Of a DNA stretch of 64,000 nt, positions 28,923-37,684 are shown one piece after another; position 1 is the stretch's first letter, and every line of letters starts with the position of its first letter. Below the pieces are notes generated by a model. The model ran no database searches. It worked only from the letters and a program-made list of their open reading frames with translations, and was not told the DNA's origin. Source of the stretch: Candidatus Poribacteria bacterium (GTDB lineage Bacteria; Poribacteria; WGA-4E; PCPOR2b); the NCBI GenBank assembly GCA_965208325.1, contig OZ242326.1, positions 608,001 through 672,000 on the forward strand, given 5' to 3'. The position numbers and the translations under genes are program-made.

Positions 28923-29426
28923 TCAAGTTTCGCCGCACGACCGATGGATGTCATCCTCACAAATGAACTTCACTGTCACACCATTTTCACGAAGTACGTG
29001 GCGGAATTCCCACCACTGCGTGTCGGTCGCTTGCAGGATTGGCGGTTTCTCTGCATGGGCAAGCGCAACTGCGACAAATTTCCGATCTTTTGAATGAAAA
29101 CCATTCAACGCTTTATCGTCTGGAAACTCTTTAAATTCATTTTCTAAACCGTTCACAGTCGTGATCGAAACTAAGTGGCATCGTTTATCTTTGTTAATCA
29201 AGACCCAGCGAAGAAACCTATCGCCTGTACCGGGCTTACCGCTAGAGCGAAGATTACCGATGTATTCGGCGAGAATTATCCATCTATCATCAAGAACCAA
29301 TGTCTCCTCGCCACGCATGATTTTTTCAAGCTTACCGATACAGGTGTTAACGCAATTCGGAGTAGCTTGCGGTGACTCCTCTCGACCGTTGGCGACCTTC
29401 GCAACGTTTGTATCCACCACAACCAT
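28923..29426 (-). CDS. PIN-like domain protein (putative RNase)
   Basis: VVVDTNV start, E-Y, DRKFVAVA and ATD acidic motifs; TAATG coupling to the upstream ATPase. Confidence 0.7.
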   Translation of the reverse strand: MVVVDTNVAKVANGREESPQATPNCVNTCIGKLEKIMRGEETLVLDDRWIILAEYIGNLRSSGKPGTGDRFLRWVLINKDKRCHLVSITTVNGLENEFKEFPDDKALNGFHSKDRKFVAVALAHAEKPPILQATDTQWWEFRHVLRENGVTVKFICEDDIHRSCGET

Positions 29427-30727
29427 TATTCCATCACTTTCCGCCGGTTCATTTCAGCTTTAGTCTTTTCCACTAGGTCCCCCATATCATCGCCAAAGAA
29501 GTTTTGGGGCCAATTTCGGATGTTGCCGTATTCATCAACATTGAGTCGTTCAATTTCGGAACGACCATCGTTGATTTGGCAGGAATAGAGTTCCGTGTCG
29601 TTCGTCGAAAGCTGCTCCTCGGCGATGCGGCGTGTTAAGCGGTGAAGCAGGTGCTCGCTGTGGCTTTCAAAAATTATCTGGACGTTTCGATTCTTCACGA
29701 CATCAATCAGAATGTCTGCGAGTTCTGATTGCGCTTTTGGATGTAGATGGGCTTCAGGTTGTTCAATGATAAGGATTGAGCCCTCAGGAGCGTAATAGCA
29801 TAGAACCAACACCGGCAGAACCTGGGAAACGCCAAGACCTACATCTAAAAGTTTGACTTCGAGACTGCCGTTGTATTCTGTGACATGAAATTCGTAACTC
29901 TGTTTTCTTCCTTGGACCGGGTCGAGTCGATAGGAGTCAATCAATTCCAATCGCTTTACCCATTTCTGAATCTGTTCGTCAACTGAGAGACGCCTTACTC
30001 GCGCTGAAAGCAGTGCGGAAATCATCTTTTCCCCACGCTGACCAACGTCTTTTGCATGATCGCCCTCCCAGACGTAATGGTGCCGAGGATGTTCGCGAAG
30101 AGGCCCCAAGAAATGGATCTGAGCAAATAATTTTTCGAAGTCGTTTTTACAAACTAGGAGTTCTTCCAAGCGTTCATCAAAATGGTTATCGGGGGTCATA
30201 ACGCCATAGCATCGAAATGGATTCGCATCAATCGGCTCTTCAAACGATGACGGCTTGTAAAACGCTGCATAGACGGAAACTTTGAATTTATTGTTTTCGC
30301 GCTCTCCTACTATCTTCCAGATGTCTTTCCAGCCATAATAAAACCTCTCCACTTCAGATTGCCTGGATTTTTTTTCAATTTTCGTGGTGAATGAAATCCA
30401 TTCGGTCGACAGCCATGAACTCTTCTGAGGTTTAGCCCGTTTCCAGGTAACGGAAACATCAAGCGTTAATTCCTCACTGTGCCCATGAATCATGTCATCG
30501 AAACTACCGAGGTGAACCAGCGTTTTCTTGTCACACTCATCACCTAAGTAAAGGGGTTCATTCCAATCCGATGGACGTTCCGAAGTCTGCTTGAGCATTA
30601 GCAGGACTTGCAAGATGCTGGTTTTTCCGGAGCTATTCGCGCCGAAGAATCCGGTCAATGGTGCGAACTGCAGCGCACCGGTATCTTTCCAAGACTTGAA
30701 ATTTTGGGCTCTGAGCTCGGTAATCAT
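29426..30727 (-). CDS. ABC/AAA_21-type ATPase with C-terminal DUF3696
   Basis: GANSSGKT Walker A, VGLGVSQVLP signature, IEQPEAHLHP Walker B/D-loop, ESHSEH, DEYGNIRNWPQNFFG tail. Confidence 0.88.
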   Translation of the reverse strand: MITELRAQNFKSWKDTGALQFAPLTGFFGANSSGKTSILQVLLMLKQTSERPSDWNEPLYLGDECDKKTLVHLGSFDDMIHGHSEELTLDVSVTWKRAKPQKSSWLSTEWISFTTKIEKKSRQSEVERFYYGWKDIWKIVGERENNKFKVSVYAAFYKPSSFEEPIDANPFRCYGVMTPDNHFDERLEELLVCKNDFEKLFAQIHFLGPLREHPRHHYVWEGDHAKDVGQRGEKMISALLSARVRRLSVDEQIQKWVKRLELIDSYRLDPVQGRKQSYEFHVTEYNGSLEVKLLDVGLGVSQVLPVLVLCYYAPEGSILIIEQPEAHLHPKAQSELADILIDVVKNRNVQIIFESHSEHLLHRLTRRIAEEQLSTNDTELYSCQINDGRSEIERLNVDEYGNIRNWPQNFFGDDMGDLVEKTKAEMNRRKVME

Positions 30728-30809
30728 AACTTTTCCTCTATTTCACAAAGAGATTGAAACACACAATCCAACACGTGCCGATGATGAAGCGTTGTGTTTT
30801 ACAATTACG

Positions 30810-30890
30810 ACCTCCCCTAACCCCTCCTTGGTAAGGAGGGGAATTTTAAAGCAAAGTCCTCCCCTTTGCCAAGGGGGAGTTAGAGGGGGT
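30810..30890. repeat. Palindromic doublet downstream of the DUF559 gene
   Basis: ACCTCCCCTAACCCCTCCTTGGTAAGGAGGGG-16nt-CCTCCCCTTTGCCAAGGGGGAGTTAGAGGGGGT; the halves are imperfect inverted repeats. Confidence 0.9.
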
Positions 30891-31267
30891 CAGACTCCTG
30901 ATTTCTCCATCTCCTCGACTGTGTGCCTAACGAATTCCATAACCCCGTCAAGATTTCCGCAAACTTCCGCGTTCGTAAAACGCAGAAAACGGATGCCAAA
31001 CCTCTCAATGAATTCTTGCCTTGTCAGATCATATTCACCAGCCCCGGCTTGAAAATGTGTATCACCATCAATTTCGATTGCCAGTTTTAGCGAAGGACAA
31101 TAGAAATCGACGATGTACACACCAACACTGTACTGTCTGCGGAACTTATAGCCCTGCATCTGTTTTGCACGCAACTTTGACCAAACCAAAGTTTCCGCTT
31201 CAGTCATGTTTTTCCGCAGTTTGTGTCTTTTTTCCTTCTCGCTCGTTCTATTGAAAACTCGTGTCAT
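30890..31267 (-). CDS. DUF559 (Vsr-like) endonuclease domain protein
   Basis: LRKNMTEAE..W..LR, FRRQY, YIVDFYC, IEIDGDTH, D..R, RFTN. Confidence 0.92.
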   Translation of the reverse strand: MTRVFNRTSEKEKRHKLRKNMTEAETLVWSKLRAKQMQGYKFRRQYSVGVYIVDFYCPSLKLAIEIDGDTHFQAGAGEYDLTRQEFIERFGIRFLRFTNAEVCGNLDGVMEFVRHTVEEMEKSGV

Positions 31268-31291
31268 ATTCCCGTTTAACTCGCCGTTTCA

Positions 31292-31462
31292 ACCTCCCCT
31301 AGCCCCTCCTTGGCAAGGAGGGGAACAAGGACAAAAAAATCCTCCCCCTTGCGAAGGGGGATCGAGACTAAATGACCAACTGCCCACGAGGTCAAAAATT
31401 GTCGGGAATTGGAATTCCCTCCTACAGGCGTAAGGCGGTAGGAGCGATTTCCAAATCACGGC
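31292..31462. repeat. Palindromic doublet plus GTAG REP pair upstream of the DUF559 gene
   Basis: ACCTCCCCTAGCCCCTCCTTGGCAAGGAGGGG...CCTCCCCCTTGCGAAGGGGGA (31292-31361); TCGGGAATTGGAATTCCCTCCTAC..GTAGGAGCGATTTCC (31401-31462). Confidence 0.85.
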
Positions 31463-31473
31463 AAAGCATCTCA

Positions 31474-31502
31474 ATTATAACACAGTTTGATTCCATTGAC
31501 AA
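31474..31502 (-). promoter_or_regulatory. Sigma70-type promoter facing the DUF559, ATPase and PIN genes
   Basis: Minus strand TTGTCA-17 nt-TATAAT with TG before the -10. Confidence 0.6.
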
Positions 31503-31620
31503 AGCCTTGAGGTGCAGGTCAAACTTCTCCTAAAGATGTTGCAGAAGCATAACTTGTATGTCTCTCATGGCAAAAATGAAATTTCAGATGCAGTTATCCT
31601 GAAGGTGGTTGCTTATTGGC

Positions 31621-31649
31621 TTGTCTTTTATTTGCGATTGTGCTATAAT
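31621..31649 (+). promoter_or_regulatory. Sigma70-type promoter facing a hairpin and the repeat array
   Basis: TTGTCT-17 nt-TATAAT with extended -10 (TGCTATAAT). Confidence 0.6.
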
Positions 31650-31654
31650 CCCGG

Positions 31655-31760
31655 AATTCCAATTAGAAAGTGAGTTCAGAAATTGTTCAATCAACTAAAA
31701 CCAAGGGCGGCGTGAATGCCAGCTAGGTTTGGTTAGATCTACTGAACTTCCCGCCATTTC
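31655..31760 (+). ncRNA. Candidate structured small RNA (long irregular hairpin)
   Basis: GAGTTCAG(31672-79)/CTGAACTT(31742-49), ATCAACTAAAACC/GGTTTGGTTAGAT, apical GGCG-TGAA-TGCC; downstream of a promoter; no convincing ORF. Confidence 0.3.
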
Positions 31761-31849
31761 TTCCTGCCAATCGCCCGTCCGTGAGCAGTGTACCTCACTG
31801 CTATTTTTCGTGCCTTCGACTTTTTTCAAATAACAATCAAAACAACCTC

Positions 31850-33392
31850 CTTCTCCTTAGTAAGGAGGGGAATAAGAACAAAAGAACTTCCCACAGCATA
31901 CCACGTTGTCGTGAAGTCGAGAGGTTTGAAAAGCGTTGGGTTTCGCTGTAAGCATAAATATCTCGAACTCAATCGACAAACTATATTCATGCTGGATAGC
32001 TTACGTTTTTCATGGAACCCGCTCTACCCAACCTACAAAACCATAAAGACTATCGCCTTCCCTATTCGGTCAGTTGATCCTCCTTGGTAAGGAGGGGAAT
32101 AAAAACAAAAGAACTTCCCACAGCATACCACGTTGTCGTGAAGTCGAGAGGTTTGAAAAGCGTTGGGTTTCGCTGTAAGCATAAAAATCTCGAACTCAAT
32201 CGGCAAACTATACTCATGCTGGATAGCTTACATTTTTCATGGAAACCGCTCTACCCAACCTACAAGAGCTATTGCGTACAAAATTATCGGGAATTGGCAT
32301 TTCCTCCTACAGGCATAATTCGGTAGGAATTATCTCCGATTCTCGACACGCTAGGTCAATGGTTCCTCAATAATCGGGAAAGGGATTTCCCTCCCACAAG
32401 GCTCATATTCTTCGGTATTTGTATGTTGGGAAGAGCCAACGACGAAACCCAACCTACATAATTACAATGACTATCGCCTTCCCTATTCGGTCAGTTGATC
32501 CTCCTTGGTAAGGAGGGGGATAAAAACAAAAGAACTTCCCACAGCGTACAACGATGTCTGGAAGTCGAGAGTTTTGAAAAGCGTTGGGTTTCGCTGCGGG
32601 TATACAAGTCGTGAACTCAATCGACAAACTATATTCATGCTGGATAGCTTACGTTTTTCATGGAACCCGCTCTACCCAACCTACAAGAGCTACTGCGTAC
32701 AAAATTATCGGGAATTGGCATTTCCTCCTACAGTCGTAATGCGGTAGGAATGATTTCCGAATCTCGACACGCTAGGTCAATGGTTTCTCAATAATCGGGA
32801 AAGGGATTTCCCTCCCACAGGGTTCGTGTTTTGCGGCTTTTGTAGGGTGGGTAGAGCCAACGGCGGAACCCAACCTACAAAATTACAAAGACTATCGCCT
32901 TCCCTATTCGGTCAGTTGATCCTCCATAGTAAGGAGGGGAATAAAATCTCGCAATACCGAACGTGTTTTTGCCGTCGAGAGGTTTGAAAAGCGTTGGGTT
33001 TCGCTGTAAGCATAAAAATCTCGAACTCAATCGACAAACTATATTCATGCTGGATAGCTTACATGTTTCATAGAACCCGCTCGACGCAACCTACAAGAGC
33101 TACTGCGTACAAAATTATCGGGAATTGGCATTTCCTCCTACAGTCGTAATGCGGTAGGAATGATTTCCGAATCTTGACACGCTAGGTCAATGGTTCCTCA
33201 ATAATCGGGAAAGGGATTTCCCTCCCACAGGGTTCGTGTTTTGCGGCTTTTGTAGGGTGGGTAGAGCCAACGGCGAAACGCAACCTACAAAATTACAAAA
33301 TTTATTGCCATCTCTAATCGGTCTGTTGATTCTCCTTGGTAAGGAGGGGAAAAAATATGAAAATCCTCTCCTTTGACAAGGGGGAGGTTGAG
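31850..33392. repeat. Mosaic (BIME-like) tandem array of three REP families, four units (right island border)
   Basis: GCGTTGGGTTTCGCT at 31933, 32160, 32581, 32991 (periods 227, 421, 410 bp); CCTCCTTGGTAAGGAGGGG palindromes; ATCGGGAATTGGCATTTCCTCCTAC/GTAGGAATGATTTCCGA and GTAGGGTGGGTAGAGCC..CCCAACCTAC modules. Confidence 0.95.
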
Positions 33393-33447
33393 ATTGATAA
33401 ACGAAAGAGAGCGAACGCTACGAAAACGAATAAAGGAGGCTGTAACC

Positions 33448-34266
33448 ATGTTAAGAGCACCTGTATCATTAACTCTAATTCTTGTCATGTCGGCGGGATG
33501 GGTTGGTATCACAGCCGTTGTTGGAGAAGCGGCGATTGACGAAGACGTGGTGCTTGCCATGCCGTTTGATACAGAAGAAGCCAAAGACATTTCTTCTCTT
33601 GAACATACGGGCGTGCTAGAAGGGGACGTCAAGCTCGTAGAAGGAAAGATTAAAAAAGCCCTGAGTTTCGATGGTGATGGCGACAAGGTTGTGGTTGAGA
33701 GCAAGGGTGATGCGCTGGACATCGTCGATACTGACGCCACGATTGTGATGTGGGCGAAGTTCGCCAACTCCGGTGTAAAATTCGATGCCTTCTGTGCCAA
33801 AAACGAGGGCGGCGGCGAAAAACCGAAATGGGTATTCTACAATAGACCCGATGACAACGCTAGACCCGGACTCACCTTCCACATCAATTCCGGCGATCAC
33901 GATCCCCTCTGGTTTGGTAAAGTCCCTTTTGTCGCTGATAAGGGCAAATGGTATCAAATCGCCGTGGTCGTGGAAGGGCATGACTACATTTTTTATGTGG
34001 ATGGAAAAAATGTTGGCGAAGAGTCAGATGCTACGAAGGAGAAGATATCTTTGGTCGAACGTGCGCCCCTGACAATCGGGTGGTCTGAAGGCAACTTTTT
34101 CTTCAACGGCGTCCTGGATGAGTTCCTTATGGTCAAAAGGGCTTTGACCGCGGAGGAACTTAGCAGCCACTTTGACGGCGGTGTAGAGGGATTCTTGGCT
34201 GTTCAGCCCCGTGGGAAACTTAGCGCAGTCTGGGGCAAAATCAAGGCTGATGCATTCCGCCATTGA
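33448..34266 (+). CDS. Secreted LamG/concanavalin-like domain protein
   Basis: Signal-peptide-like N-terminus, KALSFDG, WYQIAVV, FYVDG, FNGVLDE; C-term LAVQPRGKLSAVWGKIK; AGGAGG RBS. Confidence 0.85.
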   Translation: MLRAPVSLTLILVMSAGWVGITAVVGEAAIDEDVVLAMPFDTEEAKDISSLEHTGVLEGDVKLVEGKIKKALSFDGDGDKVVVESKGDALDIVDTDATIVMWAKFANSGVKFDAFCAKNEGGGEKPKWVFYNRPDDNARPGLTFHINSGDHDPLWFGKVPFVADKGKWYQIAVVVEGHDYIFYVDGKNVGEESDATKEKISLVERAPLTIGWSEGNFFFNGVLDEFLMVKRALTAEELSSHFDGGVEGFLAVQPRGKLSAVWGKIKADAFRH

Positions 34267-34694
34267 TTTAAGGTTTAGAGCCTGTTTGAACGTTAGATGG
34301 CAAAGCCATTTTTGGGCGTTTGAGTTGCTAAAACTGGTGGAACTTCTATCGCGCGGCATTTAATATCGCCATCGCTATTCGCTCAGTTAAACCAATTCGG
34401 TTGCTTGATGCCACCAAATACCTTACTCCAGCATTGTGCGGGGCAAGATGCCCCGCCTACAGGGCGTGTTGACGTACGCCCGGCAAGGAAGATCTCTATC
34501 GCACTTCCTATGCAGTCGCTCGATCCCCGCCTACGGAGGGTAGTGGGGTACTATACACCTGTTGTCCGCCTGGGGCCGTATAAAATTAATTTTCAAACAA
34601 GTTCTTAAGGCAGGTACCGTCTGGAGAGAGTTTTCCGCTTGCCAAAATTGGAATTTAGTCCAGATAAAATTGTGGCTTTTAGGAGGATTGGGTC

Positions 34695-35534
34695 GTGGAA
34701 TTGACAGATGAGGAACGGTACAACATAGAGCAGCGTACGTATGACTGCAAGCCCACCCTGACAGACAGTCAGGTGCTGGAATTTTGCAAACAAGGGTTTC
34801 TCTTGCTAGAGGGTGTTGTTCCGGACGAGATTAATCGCAGGACATTCGAGTATCTTGAAAATAACACCTATTACGAACCGACCGAAATCCTCAGAGAAGA
34901 GTGGTTCGTCGAGGCTGTAATTCTCAACACGCAGGCGGCGGGTTCAATCCGGTCGTTGCTCGGGGCGAGTTTTGGCTTACCGATTCTTATGAGCCAGCAT
35001 CGGGTTGAGTGTCCGACTTCGGCGCAGGGCTGGCATCGCGATGCCAGCTCGAAATTCGGTCCTGAACTGACCTCCCTGCAGGTGTTTTATTACCCTCAAA
35101 ATACACCTGAGGAGTTGGGGCCGACCGAAATATTGCCGGGGTCACATCTTTCCTATGCGCGTCAAATAGGGCACTACGGCAGCATTCGCGGCGCGCACAA
35201 AACGACGGCGCCCGCGGGCAGCATCTTCATCACGGTCTATTCGATTTGGCACCGGCGCGCAGCTTCCACCGCGGACGGGATGCGCCATATGTTGAAATAC
35301 AACTACTGGCGGACGGTATCACCGGAACGTGATTGGATCCGCGAGCCGGACTTTGATTTTGACTCGGCTAATTATGGCCCGGATCGGCTGCAAAGCGCTC
35401 AGATGTTCTACTGGTTGTGCGGTAAGGCAAACCAATACCGCTGGGTAGGCGGCCAAGCGTGGCCCATGCGTTATAGCCGGGGAGCCAACTACAAGCCGTA
35501 CGGATCGCCATCTGCGCCGCCGAGACGCGGTTAG
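34695..35534 (+). CDS. Phytanoyl-CoA dioxygenase (PhyH)-family Fe/2OG enzyme
   Basis: GFLLLEGV, GWHRD, GPTEILPGSH, WHR; AGGAGG RBS before GTG. Confidence 0.85.
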   Translation: MELTDEERYNIEQRTYDCKPTLTDSQVLEFCKQGFLLLEGVVPDEINRRTFEYLENNTYYEPTEILREEWFVEAVILNTQAAGSIRSLLGASFGLPILMSQHRVECPTSAQGWHRDASSKFGPELTSLQVFYYPQNTPEELGPTEILPGSHLSYARQIGHYGSIRGAHKTTAPAGSIFITVYSIWHRRAASTADGMRHMLKYNYWRTVSPERDWIREPDFDFDSANYGPDRLQSAQMFYWLCGKANQYRWVGGQAWPMRYSRGANYKPYGSPSAPPRRG

Positions 35535-35636
35535 GCGGCGGGCGGATCGTAAACGTCTGTTATTGTACCTTTTTATAGCAATTACAACTAAAAATTACAC
35601 ATCAGGTTCAATTCGGTCAAAAAGCGTGTAACCCCC

Positions 35637-35726
35637 AAAACTATCGCCTTCGCTATCCGCTCAGTTGATCGCTCCTTATTCGGTCGCTTGATTCTCGAAA
35701 ATCGGGAAAAGGATTTCCCTCCCACT
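35637..35726. repeat. Degenerate copy of the array linker and REP module
   Basis: AAAACTATCGCCTTCGCTATCCGCTCAGTTGATC and ATCGGGAAAAGGATTTCCCTCCCAC match array segments. Confidence 0.6.
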
Positions 35727-35864
35727 GCGTGGCTGCGTGCGAATTTCTGGACTTGTGGGTAATAGTAAAGTTATCAGGGGGGTGTATGGATGTGCGAAAT
35801 ATTAAGAAAAAATGGCTATGGGTCTCCATCTCGACCGAATGTTCATAACAGAAAGGAGAAGAAA

Positions 35865-36683
35865 ATGAGAATTGTATTATTTGTCCCGTGGATCGTTGGT
35901 TTGGTGTTCGCTTCCTCTTTTGGGGAAGCAGCGGTCATTGACCGAGACATTGCGCTCGCCATGTCGTTTGACGAAGCCGGTGTTAGAGACCTGTCCCCCC
36001 ACGGCAATGACGGCGTCCTAAAAGCGGGCGCCAGAAAGGTAGAAGGCAAGTTCGGAAAAGCCCTTAGCCTGAATGGTTCGAACCAGCATGTGGAGATAAA
36101 AAATCATGACAGTCTCATCCTATTTAGGTCCGACTTCACAATGGCGGTATGGTTGAATTTTGCTACAGCCCCGCCGAAGGGCACAAGAGGGGTGGAAGGG
36201 TTTTCAATAATGAGTCACGATGAAGGGCCCGGAAGTACGGACAAGTGGATTTGGTGGTATACCGGCGGCGCAATACACCTCCATATCCATATCAAAAATT
36301 GCTTTTGCGGTAAAGCTGCAACCGCTTGGATTAACTCTGACAGATGGGCCGCCGATTTAGATGAGTGGCATCAGGTAGCCCTGGTTAGGGTGGGTAACAA
36401 GTACGCTTATTACCTGAACGGCGAGCCATTTGGAGAATTCGATGATAACACCGATCCGACGCCGATGCCCAAAACAATTGACAGCGACTTCCTCATCGGA
36501 TGGTCAGAAGGCCCGTTTTTCTTCAGCGGCCTTCTTGATGAAATCCTGATTGTTAAAAGGCCTCTGAGCCAGGAGGAAATCCTCAGCCACTTCCAAGGCG
36601 GATTGAGCGGCTTTCTGTCTGTTCAACCTTATGATAAGCTCTCCACAACCTGGGCTAACCTTAAGGTGGATGCACTTCATTGA
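35865..36683 (+). CDS. Secreted LamG/concanavalin-like domain protein (paralog of 33448)
   Basis: Signal peptide, KALSLNG, WHQVALV, YYLNG, FSGLLDE; C-term LSVQPYDKLSTTWANLK; AAGGAG RBS. Confidence 0.85.
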   Translation: MRIVLFVPWIVGLVFASSFGEAAVIDRDIALAMSFDEAGVRDLSPHGNDGVLKAGARKVEGKFGKALSLNGSNQHVEIKNHDSLILFRSDFTMAVWLNFATAPPKGTRGVEGFSIMSHDEGPGSTDKWIWWYTGGAIHLHIHIKNCFCGKAATAWINSDRWAADLDEWHQVALVRVGNKYAYYLNGEPFGEFDDNTDPTPMPKTIDSDFLIGWSEGPFFFSGLLDEILIVKRPLSQEEILSHFQGGLSGFLSVQPYDKLSTTWANLKVDALH

Positions 36684-36764
36684 AAAGTCTTCCTTGCGGG
36701 CGCTTGACAGCAATTGCCCCAAACAAGCGGCTGTAGGCAATGCCGTACGAAAATGGTACTGCGG

Positions 36765-37622
36765 ATGAAGGGTCTAAGTTGCGATTCAGGAATGCTTCAC
36801 ATGTTCAGTGTGGAACAAGCCATTGATGTGCTCGCAGCGCAAGGCTATCAAGCTATCGACATTAGCCTTGAGAAAGGGCGCCCCATCCTGCCGGTTCCAC
36901 AGGCGCACATGAGTCCGGATGCAGATGCGAACACACGCCGGCAGGTGCGAACGCATGCCGAGCAAGCCGGCGTAACCATCTTGGCATTGAATGCCACCAC
37001 AAATCTCATCTACAATGTGCCAGAGACGAGGCAAGCCAACCTGAAATTCGTGATGGGAGCGTTGGAACTCGCGTCGGATCTTGACGCAAGGTACGTGGTC
37101 ACCGGCGGCGGTTCGAAGAAATTCTATGGGCGGGAAAGCCAGTATTGGGAATGGTTGCTAGCCGCGCTGCGCGCACTGCTGTCCCGGGCTAACCAACTGG
37201 GAGTGACGCTAGCGTTCGAAGCAGCGGGACCATACGGCCGCTTTGTGCACAATCTAAGCCGGGTGAAGCATCTGCTGAGTTGTGAGGGACTGGAGGCTCT
37301 GCGGGTCGTGTTTGACCCGAGCCATTACCACCTCAGAGGAGATTCGGTAGTGATGGCGTACGAAGCGTTGAGCCGCCATATAGTACACGTGCACACCAAG
37401 GACGCTAAGGGCGACGCGGAGGATTTCGAGTTTCCGCCGCTGGGTGAGGGTGAGGTGGATTTCGACGGACTTCTAGGCGCAATCGTTGCGGACGCCTATG
37501 ACGGTTACATCTCGGTCGAGTACGAGGGTTTTGCCTGGGGTTATGAAAGCGACTGCCGGAAAGTGCTTGCTGACAGCAAATCCTTCATTAACCGCATCCT
37601 CGCCTCGAAGCAAAACCTTTGA
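36765..37622 (+). CDS. Sugar phosphate isomerase/epimerase (TIM barrel)
   Basis: LAFEA, FDPSH, HVHTKD, PLGEGEVDF, YDGYISVEYE. Confidence 0.85.
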   Translation: MKGLSCDSGMLHMFSVEQAIDVLAAQGYQAIDISLEKGRPILPVPQAHMSPDADANTRRQVRTHAEQAGVTILALNATTNLIYNVPETRQANLKFVMGALELASDLDARYVVTGGGSKKFYGRESQYWEWLLAALRALLSRANQLGVTLAFEAAGPYGRFVHNLSRVKHLLSCEGLEALRVVFDPSHYHLRGDSVVMAYEALSRHIVHVHTKDAKGDAEDFEFPPLGEGEVDFDGLLGAIVADAYDGYISVEYEGFAWGYESDCRKVLADSKSFINRILASKQNL

Positions 37623-37684
37623 ACGGTTGGAGTCAACGCACTCTTTCAGAATCCAATTTAATGGTCAAATTGAGGAGGCCACCG

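Noticed and set aside
31655..31760. SRP RNA, 6S RNA or a known riboswitch
   Set aside because: The SRP helix-8 motif, the 6S size and central bubble, and recognisable aptamer consensus are all absent; kept only as an unassigned hairpin.
31788..32747. Repeated short ORFs (MVRRGIKTKELPTAY...) and the similar ORF 15299-15517
   Set aside because: They are translations of the palindromic repeat units, lack RBSs and break frame between copies.
31850..33392. CRISPR array interpretation of the tandem repeats (also 14799-15328)
   Set aside because: Units are 227-421 bp, the intervening sequences are homologous to each other rather than unique spacers, and no cas genes are present.
14799..33392. Prophage, integron or IS-bounded transposon as the island vehicle
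   Set aside because: No integrase, transposase, phage genes, attC-like sites or tRNA target are visible in the window.
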